Part shown: positions 25,902-36,698 of the stretch, one piece after another
Numbering within the stretch: the stretch's first letter is position 1
Layout of the letters: every line of letters starts with the position of its first letter
Assembly (NCBI GenBank): GCA_964036045.1
Contig: OZ038379.1
Span: 27,032,001 to 27,096,000 of the forward strand
DNA from: Eutreptiella sp. 'Long Island Sound 2002'
Taxonomy: Eukaryota; Protista; Euglenida
Direction: 5' to 3'
Length of the DNA stretch: 64,000 bases
Notes under the pieces: model-generated
Databases searched by the model: none
What the model saw: the letters and a program-made list of their open reading frames with translations, nothing else
Told to the model about the DNA's origin: nothing
Made by a program: the position numbers and the translations under genes

Positions 25902-28900
25902 GCTCCACGTTGGTGTCGCAGTCAGACTGAGACTGAAAACACTCCTGTTTTGACTGGGTCTGCAAAATGCAACGAGCGGGGGCACAACATTGGGGGCTGG
26001 GGGGCTTGCCATGAAGCCTGAGTACGTGTGCCGGTTGGTGTTTTTGGGTGCATGGCACTGTGTTGGGTTTCCAGAGGAAAGGGTCTACAAAAAGACGTTT
26101 TCCCAACGTCTGTGGAGAAGCACAGATGGTCGGTCCATAGACGGAAAAGTCGTTCTGGTAGGTCAGAGTGCAACAATTGTCCCTCTGCTCACAGGCTGCT
26201 TCTGCCCCTTGGCAATGTTCCCATGCCAGCACATGCATGCTTCGCATGGAGTCTTTCCCAATACTGCTCACCATCACTGATGTGGAAATGTAACACAAGG
26301 CCAGGCAAGGGGACAAAAGGATGAGCAGAATTGGGGGAGGTTCACTGCACACAAACCACCACTGGCAGGGGTGGGGGGGGGGCGGTTCAGTTTCGTTCCG
26401 GACCCCAAGTCCCGCAGCGTAAGCAGGGGGTTCCAAATGGAGAGGGGGGATTTTTTCGGGGTATGGGGGCATTTTTTGAGGTCTCCGCTTCATTCCGATT
26501 TTGAATATACACAAAATATAAATAAAATGTATTTTATATAAATAAAATAATATATCACATCAAATATTAATACAATCTATTTTACCCTTCACCACAAATG
26601 AAAAATAATACGGCATTCTAGTGGACACAAAGATCAACTAGCAATGTCACACTGTCACACGTATGCGTGTCAATGCAATCCGTACAATATTGCAGCTGAC
26701 ACTTGTCACACATGGGCATCTTCTTAGGGGCAAACTTGGTGCAACAAAGGGTACGTACATCCCCATTGTCACACTCCTTGCTTGGGCCTTTTGTTGTTGA
26801 ATCAACCAGCACGCCTGAGTTCGCCGTCTCTCAGTGGCATGTGTCAAATATGGTACCATGTTCACAGGCCTCATCCTTCTCTTGCCTTTCTCTATTTTGG
26901 TGTGACGCTCTTGCAGCGCTACTCTTGCAGCGCTACTCTTGCGGCCATTGGGAAATGAATGGGGTGGGGAAAATGACAACACTGTATGGTTGCTCCGAGC
27001 TTCATGCCGGGGGGAAGGGTGTGGTGCAGAGATTCTGATACAGGAATTCTGAGCAAAGGTTCTTGACAATTTTTTCCAGCCTTTTTGGGGGCTTGGTGCT
27101 TTTTTTTTTTGCTCTCAGGATAATTCACCAAAGTGGCACCACGGCAGTTTTGACATTCAAAGCACGAACAGTGCGGTTGTATACATGTGCATTCTACATA
27201 CTGCATTCCACCATTGTAACAGCACCTTGAACTTCCAACAAAGTGCAACGGACCAAGCAGTTTGGGGGAGTATCTTGGGCTTGGCAGCTTTGGGGTCTAT
27301 GGTGTATTACTAAACAACATGTTGCAGGAAGTGGACACCATTACAACAGGCATTCTTAAGGATTATTCACAATCTGTGGAACGATAATTTTCACCACATG
27401 GACCCACCCCCTCGGTAATCTAGTGAACCCTTGTAAAGACAGGCCTCTCGTTGATTGAATCGGCCTAAGCATCGGATTCGCAGTTGATTGAATCGGCCTA
27501 AGCATAGGATTCGCAGCTGCAACACCGGGGGTCCGAACCTCAAGTCAAGCTTGCCTCGAGGCAGGTGGCATATCGGTGTGTCAAGGACGCCCGTAGAGGG
27601 TCATCCCCAAAATGAGTTGATTCTGGACATAGCCATGCTTGGGCATCTGAATCGCTGAAGTGGAGGCTGGGATCCCAGCAATTTTGCAAGGTGGTTCTGT
27701 TGCAATACACCACTAGCGCCTTGATTGGAGCCGCACTGCCGGAGTGCCCAAAAGAACACCCACTGACAAACGCTTCCATGTCCCATGTGTGTGCACTGTT
27801 GGACAAAGGTTGATACCCCCTTTTGGAGTATTTGGGAGCCATCTTGTGTGTCCTCCCTACGCCAATATGGCAGCTCTTATGCCGCCACGGTGCTGCACTC
27901 GGCTTTGGTTGAGATTTTGAGGGCGCACTAAGTGCAGTGAGCGCAATCACACATTGCGCTGAGTCCGAGAGGCGTGCCAGTAGGGGGCTGAGTTTCACGT
28001 GAGTGTTCGAAGCTTCACCTTATTATTTCACCCACATCATGAAAGACCGCCACCACATTCAATGGGGAGATGTGCTACATCCTAAGAAGAAGCAGCTTTG
28101 AACTATGTGCCATGCTCATTTATTCGTTGTACAAATTACTATTGATTGGTCCATTGATCTATGGAGGTTTGCCTACCAGTAGGGATGCACGTCGCTGCAT
28201 GATGTCCGTGACCAGAAACTTGCTGCAAAAGAGGTTTTGACGATAATGAAAGAAAGCTTAGGGAAAAGGTGGTGAAGGCACAGCACGCAGCAGGAAACAA
28301 ACCAATCACCAAAGCACATTTAATGGCGAACCAATTTAAGGCCGTACGACAACATTGCACCATTGTTCTCGCCACCATAACCAGCTCAATGATACTGAAA
28401 AAGAAAACAATGAAACAACGTTTTTTTTTCAAAGTGAGCACCCCAAAAAGTCTTGACCATAAGAGAGAATGATCTGTTCACTCCACGTGTATTCCAGGGG
28501 CAGCCCATATCCAGTGGGCTCGAAGTGCTAATATCAGTAAAAAAAAAAAAAGCGATTGTTCGCCAATGCATACGCTTGCCAGACACTAACAAACAAAACC
28601 CATGCAGGCAGAACTGATGAAGGCAAAATGGTGAATCTGCACCAGTACGCATGTCCAGGCATTCCGCCACAGCAGCAAACAGCTGGATAGCCATGAACGA
28701 GTTCAATCTCCTGTCACAGACTTGTATGCTCGCGCACACGTACTAGCAGCCTTACAGCACCCAGTAACGGGCACTGCTTCCATTTTGGCTCAGCCCCCCC
28801 CTCCCCCCTGACCCCCCCCCATTCCCCTCACACACACATCGCCCCCCCCCCCTCCGTCTCTTCTTCCCCAGTCCCCCATGTTCCCTTTCATCTGCCGTAC

Positions 28901-30647
28901 AGGACGCCCTACGGCTGCCCACCTCTGCCTGTCGGCATGCTGCGCTCGTCACCAACCACGATGCCCCCTTGGCACTGCAGGGCCCTGGCTGTTCAAGGAT
29001 CAGAAGCCCTGCCGGATGTCGTCAGGGTGCCTGCCAAGTGCCGGAAGCCCAATCTGCAGCGGGGCGCATGTGTGTCGCGGGTCCGCGCAATCTGTTCGCT
29101 CATGGTGACCTCCTGTTCCTCCCTGAGCCCAGCCCTTGGTAATGGCCCTCAGAGCGCCAGGGGAACGACAGGATGACTGGGCGGCCACCCGCATCAGGCC
29201 TTCCCCGCCCTTCCCCCATTCTGGCCTGCTTTCCCCTCTTCCCGTGTCTTTACCGGTGCCCGTTCCACATGGGCCCCTTACGGACCGGAATGGTCCCGTA
29301 GCCCTCCGCCCCGGGCCTCCACAACACCCCCCCCCCCCCGCGGCGGGGGGTGATGATCAGGGGACAAGCGTCTGGCGAAGCAGATAACACATGTGGGGGC
29401 CTGCAGGACCGGAGAGCTGAAGGCGCACACGATGATTCGGAGGCCAGCGGCGCGCCGAGGGAGGACTTGGCCGATCCATTCAACGGTCTTCCTGCGCCCC
29501 TTGAACCCCGAAGAGACCTCATGGGGGGCGTTTGAGTTTAGTTCTCGATCCCCAACACTCACGGCATGGCGGGGGATGGGGGTGGTCCCGGGGTGGGGGG
29601 GTCAGTAATTGTAGGTTTTCCTTTGGCATATTTGAATTACCTCTTCAATTCTGAGCATTTTGACTGCACAAAAATGGGAATGAATGTTCGAAAATCTTCC
29701 ACTTCCTCATGTTTGGAACGTCTTCGTAAGTTTCGAAAAGTGCCTCTTTTGGTGAAAAAGCCCCCCCCCCCCACACCCCCCAGGGCGTAGATGTGGGAGT
29801 CTGGAGGCCGCAAAACACATTCAACAAATCCAGGGGGGACTACAGCAGGGCAATAGCACCGTCAAATTGTCAGTCCCGTTAGAGACTCTGTTCCCAATCA
29901 CGTGATCTGCACATGATATGTACAGTGCGTTCAGGCCCTCCTAAGTTGTTGCCCTGCCGGATGCGCCCGTCACCTTCTGGAGGGGGGTGGGGGGGTAGAC
30001 GTGCACTTCAGCCCCCCCTCACCCCCTGTGTGACATTCCGTCTGGTTGTTGTTTCTTTACGGGGCCCTGGACAGTCAACCGTTCTTCCCTTCGCATGTTG
30101 CGTCGGGTCGCTGCTTTCTGTCAGCCGCTGCGGCCGGTGCTCCTGCTGGTGTTGTTTCTGCGTTTGCAGAGCCCAGTGGTTGGTGTGCTGGGGCTGTGCT
30201 GGATGTGGCGGGATGTGCCGTTTGCGCGTCAGCGGCGCCCAGTAGTTGGCGTATTGGGGTTGTGCTGGTTGTTGCAGGGGTCGTTTGAGTATTTTTGCTG
30301 TCCACACACCTCCGTCCTCAGGCCGTCCACAACCTGCCTCGCTGTGTTTCTGTGTGCGTGAGGCCCAGGTGCCCTGCTCCTCCACGCGTTGTCCCGGCCG
30401 TCCACCACAAACACTCCCCCACTCCGTGGGTCGCGCGTGCGCAGGGTGCGTTCCTTGTTGGTTGCGGGTAGCGTGCACTTCGCGGGTGGCGTGCGCTCCG
30501 TCATGGTTGACGCGGGTGGCGTGCAGGCCTGCATGGTGTCCCAGTGTCCCGGTGTCCCCTTGCCCCCCCGACCCCCTGTGCCTTCGTCTAGCAGCAGCAG
30601 TGCCAAAGGGATCGATCGCCCGGCAAACTGCGTCTTCGGCCACTCGT

Positions 30648-31526
30648 TCATCGATTCTGGAAGAGGAATGGATCCACTGACGAATCCATGGGGGGCTCAG
30701 CCGATTTGGAGGCTTTGCCCTCCACAGGCTGTGTGCGCGGATCACAGAGGCAATCCGGAGGCTTGTGTTGGCATTTCCGAGCCTTCGACAACAAACCACT
30801 TGTGAAGCATAAACTGCGGCGGGGCGTCATCTTCGGCTCGTCGGAGCGAAGGACCGGACCCATCTCCCCCACGAACACGTACACGAGCCCCTCCCACGCG
30901 CGCGTCACGTCGGCGGGCGACACCGCCGCCGCCTCTGTACCGCCGTAGTCCAGTGACGCGATGGTCTCGAGGAGCGCCGCCTTGACGGGATGGAAATGCC
31001 GCAGCCGCACGCCGTACCGCGCGTGCCGCCGGCCGAGGGCCTTCAGGGACTCCGAGAGCCCGCCCTCGTTGCCGTTGAGCCCCCCCCCGAGTGCGCGCGT
31101 CACCCACCGCATCATATCGGCGAACTTTCGCCGCTGCTTCGTGCCGTCGTCGTCGAACAGCTGCTTCAGGTCCGGGGCACGCGCAAAGAGCGCGGCGTAG
31201 AACTCCCCCGCGGCGTCCTCGGAGCCCACCGCATCGGCCGTGGCGAAGAGGAGCCGGACAGTGCGCGGAGTCAGGGCCACCGCGGGCGGGTCGAGGGGGG
31301 CGGGCTGATCGGGCGGGTCGAGGGCGGCAACGTTCTTCGGGTGTGGCGTTGCGGGGGGCGTTCCGGTGTGGGCACTTCCGTGTCGACGTCGCCGTAGGAC
31401 AGTTCGATCTGCCCGTCCGCAAGAAGAACTTGTATCATTTGTGGGTGTCGTCATGGAACTTCCCGGCGGCATCCCCGGCGCCTGAGGCCGTACTCGATTC
31501 GAAGACACGTCGTGGCACTCGGTCAT
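30648..31526 (-). pseudogene. Truncated duplicate globin ORF (no hydrophobic helix, no cyclodeaminase domain)
   Basis: 30850-31433 duplicates 32234-32889. The globin is intact up to GEMGPVL, then reads into unrelated sequence. An in-frame net loss of 75 bp removes the N-terminal hydrophobic segment. Could be functional. Confidence 0.75.
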
Positions 31527-31614
31527 GAACGATCACGCACTGCACGCGGAAACTTATGGCGTCCCTCACTGCGATGTGAAGACCGGCCCATGCGCACGCG
31601 GATGCGCCATCGTT

Positions 31615-32850
31615 TCACGGAAGGAGCCTCTCAAGTTCGCCCCCCTGCCACGCCAGCGTCGCGGCCAACACGTCTCCCCGCGCGGCCACCGCACGCAGCT
31701 CAGGCCTCGTCCCCGCGTTGATCCGCACGTTCTGCAGCGCCGTCCGCGCCGCGGTGACGATGAGCCCCGCCCCCGCCCCGGCGTCCCCAACGCCGCTCTT
31801 CGCAGCGAGCGGCACGAGCGCGATCGCGCAGTGCAGCGCGTGGACTGCCCACTCCGCCGCCCGCAGCGGCACCCCCGCCGCGACCCCCAGCGCCGCCCCG
31901 ATCGCCTCCCGCCGCTCCCGCTTCCCGTCCTCGCCCCCAACGAGGGGCTGCCGGACCGCGGCCATGACGCGGCAGTACGCCGCCATGTCCTGCCTGGCGA
32001 GGGCCTCGAAGGCGGACAGGCACCGCATCAGGCGCCCCTCGATGTCCTGGAGCCTCTGCCGCGTGGCACTGCAGTCGCCCCCCCCCGTCGGAGGTGGGCG
32101 CGTCAGCCGCACGGCCATGAGGAGCAGCGCAGCGCCGTGCGCGGCCGCGACGGCTGTGGCAGTCCCCCCCGCGGGCGCCGCGAGGTCGTTCGACAGCGCC
32201 TCGCAGTAGTCCGCCAGCGGGTCGTTGGGCAGGAGGACCGGACCCATCTCCCCCACGAACACGTACACGAGCCCCTCCCACGCGCGCGTCACGTCGGCGG
32301 GCGACACCGCCGCCGCCTCTGTACCGCCGTAGTCCAGTGACGCGATGGTCTCGAGGAGCGCCGCCTTGACGGGATGGAAATGCCGCAGCCGCACGCCGTA
32401 CCGCGCGTGCCGCCGGCCGAGGGCCTTCAGGGACTCCGAGAGCCCGCCCTCGTTGCCGTTGAGCCCCCCCCCGAGTGCGCGCGTCACCCACCGCATCATA
32501 TCGGCGAACTTTCGCCGCTGCTTCGTGCCGTCGTCGTCGAACAGCTGCTTCAGGTCCGGGGCACGCGCAAAGAGCGCGGCGTAGAACTCCCCCGCGGCGT
32601 CCTCGGAGCCCACCGCATCGGCCGTGGCGAAGAGGAGCCGGACAGTGCGCGGAGTCAGGGCCACTGCGGGCGGGTCGAGGGGGGCAGGCTGATCGGGCGG
32701 GTCGAGGGCGGCAACGTTCTTCGGGTGTGGCGTTGCGGGGGGCGTTCCGGTGTGGGCACTTCCGTGTCGACGTCGCCGTAGGACCAATACACAGAACACG
32801 GCTGCAAATGCGGCGGCAGCAGCGGTGGTCGCCGACTTGGAGGTCCACAT
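31615..32850 (-). CDS. Globin - FTCD_C (formimino-THF cyclodeaminase / methenyl-THF cyclohydrolase-like) fusion protein with N-terminal hydrophobic helix
   Basis: Globin landmarks: B9-B10 FY, CD1 LF, E7 Q (KQRRKF), F8 H (LGRRH), YGV..HF..V..ALL, AW..L.Y. FTCD_C landmarks: LADYCEALSNDLAAPAGGTATAVAAAHGAALLLMAVRLT, QDMAAY, RREAIGAAL..AAGVPL, GDAGAGAGL..AARTALQNVRIN. Single open frame of 411 aa from MWTSK, with very high GC. Confidence 0.9.
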   Translation of the reverse strand: MWTSKSATTAAAAAFAAVFCVLVLRRRRHGSAHTGTPPATPHPKNVAALDPPDQPAPLDPPAVALTPRTVRLLFATADAVGSEDAAGEFYAALFARAPDLKQLFDDDGTKQRRKFADMMRWVTRALGGGLNGNEGGLSESLKALGRRHARYGVRLRHFHPVKAALLETIASLDYGGTEAAAVSPADVTRAWEGLVYVFVGEMGPVLLPNDPLADYCEALSNDLAAPAGGTATAVAAAHGAALLLMAVRLTRPPPTGGGDCSATRQRLQDIEGRLMRCLSAFEALARQDMAAYCRVMAAVRQPLVGGEDGKRERREAIGAALGVAAGVPLRAAEWAVHALHCAIALVPLAAKSGVGDAGAGAGLIVTAARTALQNVRINAGTRPELRAVAARGDVLAATLAWQGGELERLLP

Positions 32851-35660
32851 GTTGGACGCAAATCGATCTGCCAGTCCGCAAGAACTTGTCACGTGTGGAT
32901 TCCCAACCGCTTGTATCTACATTTAACTGTTCCAACCGCTTTTCTCTGTCTTCAGCTGACGTTCACGGTTGAGGAAAAGTCAGAGGCAGACATGTCAAAA
33001 ATACTGACCACAATGCTAATTTTGGGGCAACGCTAATTTTGGGGCAACATAAAAAGCAAATGGTTATGTCGATAGAGCCTGCGGCCAACCGTGCAGCCTC
33101 CATCATATCTCTCTTGACGACACCGGGGCAGAATTGCTCAGGGCGTGGGGGGGTGGGGGGGACGCAGTGAGCAGAGGGGGTGAGTGGCAGGGAGGAGGGG
33201 GGGGATCATTGGTCCATCCTCAGCAAGAAACGGCTCAGCCGAACTACATTGCACCGCCACTGTCTCGCACAGTGGAGTGAACAAAGGGTAACACACGGGA
33301 ACGAAACATCAGACAAGGGGTAGCGTCATGGGATTAGCATTGACCAGAGAAGAAAGTATCGATCAACACCGTCAGACCTTTGCTTTGTTGTCTGACCTCT
33401 CTTCCCCCACCTTGAGATTGTCTGGCTACTTGCCCCCACCCGCAGGCCTGCCCCTAGGAATGCCAGTTGGTTCGGGTGTGGTCAGCATGAAGAATGAGAC
33501 CCGTGTGGTCAAAAGACGTGCACATCACGTGTCAAATGGATGCCACAAATGGTGTCATTCCGTGCTGTCGGGTGTTGCGCGCTCGTCAAAGACATGAGTA
33601 GCGCACCAACGGAGGGGGTATGGGAACACCTGTGGTATAGGTGGTGCGGGGCCCGTCACCTGACAGCCCTCTATACACCACTTCCTTTCTTCCAAAATCT
33701 GTCGGCGCACCCCCTGATATCCCGCCGGTTATCGTGCCCGACCCCCACAGCTGGTTACCTGTTGTGCCCCTTCGTCATCCTCACGAGCATGCTGCTGGCT
33801 TGACAACACGCCATCGGCAACAAGGCAAGGGGAAACATGCGTGCGCGAATATGCAAAGGGTTCGGGGCGCCCACGCCCCGCAGGTCCCTGCCCTCCCTCC
33901 CACACGCCCCTCTCTGGTTCCTGTGCAGCGCCCTCAAGATACAGCACTGGGATGAGAGGGGCAGCTGATTGGAGTGGTGTTTGGAACAGGCTTGATGACG
34001 GATTTACAGCCAACCCCGCCCCCCCTTCCTTTTTGTGCAAACAACGCGCTGTCCAAACAACACCCGGTGCAACGTTGGACCCGTGGACCATTTTGGGGTT
34101 TGGAATGGAAATGGGTGTATTTGCTGTGATTTGGCAATGACCATGGCACATCTGGGCTGTTTGACGGGGTGTGGTATGCTTCATCAACCCCCAAGAGGTC
34201 CGTTGGGAGCACAATGCCGCAGGCATGTGGCACAAGCTCGTGCATAAACAACGGCCGAGTCACTAATCATTGGGGATTGGGGATAGCTGGACCCCACACC
34301 CATGGCATGGTGGGAGGGGGAGTCAAAAAATTGTCAAACCCCCTCACAGAGGTTGTTAGATCAAAGCAACCTTACATGGGAAAACGCCAGATAACCCCCT
34401 TTTCTGGGCCCATTCGTGTACCATACCCCAAGGGATTTGTCCAATGAAAACATCCCCCGATGAGTTTTGGTTGGGACCCGCCCTAGAACCCTTCCCGCCC
34501 CACATTTGAGTGAAAGCAACTCCAAGGCCCGTTTCGCCATCTGTTGATGTGGCCTTGGGCCAGGCTTGGGTCATTTTGGTGGCAAGGGAAGTAGCTACAC
34601 CAAGCAGAAGAGCCCAGGAGAGGCACAGTTGAGCATTGAATGAGCCATGGAGCAATTCATCAATTTGAACAACTTCTGCAAATGCACGTCACAATGCACC
34701 ACAGAAAGGCCCTAGAGTTGTCCCTATCCATCTATACAAATGGGCTGGGATAGCCTGGAAACAGCCCTTTCACAGGCCGTTGGGCCCTAATGAATGGGCC
34801 TGGTTGGTGCTGCATAGCTCCCCATGGGTTTACATGTATGCACTCACATTGTCACCATATGATGGCCCATGACTGGCCCAAGGGAACTCAGCTATTATCT
34901 GAGGTTACCCAAAAATTGCAGTTTTTCCACCAACCCATGCCGGCCTGAAAACGGCTTACATCCCCACCTATGGGCCCCCTTAGAGGGCTGGATCGGGGGT
35001 ACCAGGTGATAGACCCTGGGACTCCGCCGTTGGTGAGGCGGTCCATATTGAATAAAAAGAAAAAGGAATGGAACCTGGATCAGCATCCACACAGTGGCCA
35101 CTAAAGGCCAACCAAGTTCTGCCCACCAATAGTGCAACCAAGCCCAAAACGGCGTTTTTAGGGACCAATGGGCACGACGAGGGGCAGTTAATTGGTGCTA
35201 CATGGGTTTAGAGGAATGATGAAAGATGTAGGTATGCTGGGTGAGACTGCGCAACATACTCATCAGAGCCCAAGTATGGTACAGGGGTACGTCAAAGGTT
35301 GCTGGACGCTACGGTTAAAAATAGGTGCAGAACTGTACCTTGAGTCTCTGCAACACTACATATCTCTCAGGACGGTGGGATTTGTGCCAACACGGAGGGT
35401 TTTCGGGGGTCGGAGCCATTCTTGCCTTATTTGTGCTGCCGCTGAGTGTCCCGTAGGGGGGGGTATGTGGGGAATATTCGGAAAGCCCTTGAACAGGGCT
35501 ATTTGGGACACCTTGGGTCTGCATGCTTGCATGCGGCACTGACGACATATTTGAGAATTTCGTCCGTTTTGGACGGTGCCTGTGCTGCCTGCTGCGGCAA
35601 TAGACCATTCTTGCCCCCACCCCCACCCCATTACCGGGTGCGCTTTTTTGGGGGGGGGTG

Positions 35661-36058
35661 ACCCCCCCCCCGCCCCCTAATCCTGGAGTGGGAAATTAAA
35701 AAAAAAAGTTTTGGAGAAGGTTGGGACAGTGGGAGAGCTGCACGTGGGCCAAATTGTGAAAAAAGGGGTCCAGCGTTACTGTTGATAGGATCACCACTAG
35801 TTAAAAAAATAGCCACTTTACCCCTAAAAACAAAATAGCCTATCCCTATCCTTTAGCCCCCACCATGCCATGGAAGTTGGAAACATTCCCCTTCCTTTTG
35901 CTCATTTTCATCATTCACAGTCACTAATGGTTAATAATGGCTCATATCACCAAAAAAAACTTTGTCCCTGAATTGCCTATTTTTAGCAATCTGCGTAGGA
36001 TGATGTCAACTGTTTTTTTTTTTTTGAGTTCCCCACCCTCAAAATGGGGGGGGGGGGG
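35661..36058. mobile_element. Putative MITE with degenerate ~45-bp TIRs bounded by C- and G-runs
   Basis: CCCCCCCC..GAGTGGGAAATTAAAAAAAAAAGTT versus AACTGTTTTTTTTTTTTGAGTTCCCCACCCTCAAAATGGGGGGGG; no coding capacity. Confidence 0.5.
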
Positions 36059-36620
36059 CTGTCCTTACTTCCACACATTGAAGCAAAACTTGCAAAACTT
36101 CCCAACAGATGCCAAAACGCTCCGTGTTGGCACATTATGAATGTCCCCGAGAGATTTTGCACTTCGGCTTTCCGAGACACACGCTCGTTCCAGAGCATAT
36201 CCGTGGTGCAAAATAGAGCAGCACCCCTGCGTAATGATATGTTTGAGCACAAAAGGTATGGGCACAAGCCAAAGGGCACAGGTGCGCTGCCTCACGCCGG
36301 GGTGCAGCGGTATGGACGTTCGGAATGCCACCACATCCTGCGTACCGGATGTGGTACAAGCGCCGGGTGTGGCCCCCAATGGTGCAGGGGGGTGCGCTGT
36401 GTGCAGATGCACCCGCACGTACGTGTGGGGGCTGAAGGCACAGCGTCGCATGAGACCAATCCACCCAACCCACCCTTCGGGTCCACAAGGACAACCCACG
36501 TCCCACTCACTACCGCACGCTGCTCAGAACTCTGTCAGAACCCTCCTATTGTCAACCGAACCTGCTGCAACACGAGCAGGCGGTGCGTTGCGCTGCACGC
36601 TCCGTTCTATTTTGCCTCAG

Positions 36621-36698
36621 AGCTGGGACAAGTTGTGCGACGCCATGCAACCGCTGCTGCAGGACAGTGGAAGGTACGATGCGGTGGAGGATGTGCAG
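36621..36698 (+). CDS. Orphan internal exon of an unidentified plus-strand gene
   Basis: Strong acceptor TTCTATTTTGCCTCAG| and donor CAG|GTATGT; 78 bp, phase 0-0, reading SWDKLCDAMQPLLQDSGRYDAVEDVQ. Confidence 0.5.

Noticed and set aside
26600-28750. Cys-rich and basic ORF fragments
   Set aside because: Probably decayed transposon sequence, but no diagnostic motif allowed a family call.
31525-32972. Several long alternative-frame and antisense ORFs over the globin fusion
   Set aside because: Arg/Gly/Ala-rich shadows expected at very high GC. Only the short linker frame noted in the findings shows independent signal.
33300-35400. Possible decayed LINE
   Set aside because: Protein-like patches are present, but no ordered RT or endonuclease motifs could be shown.
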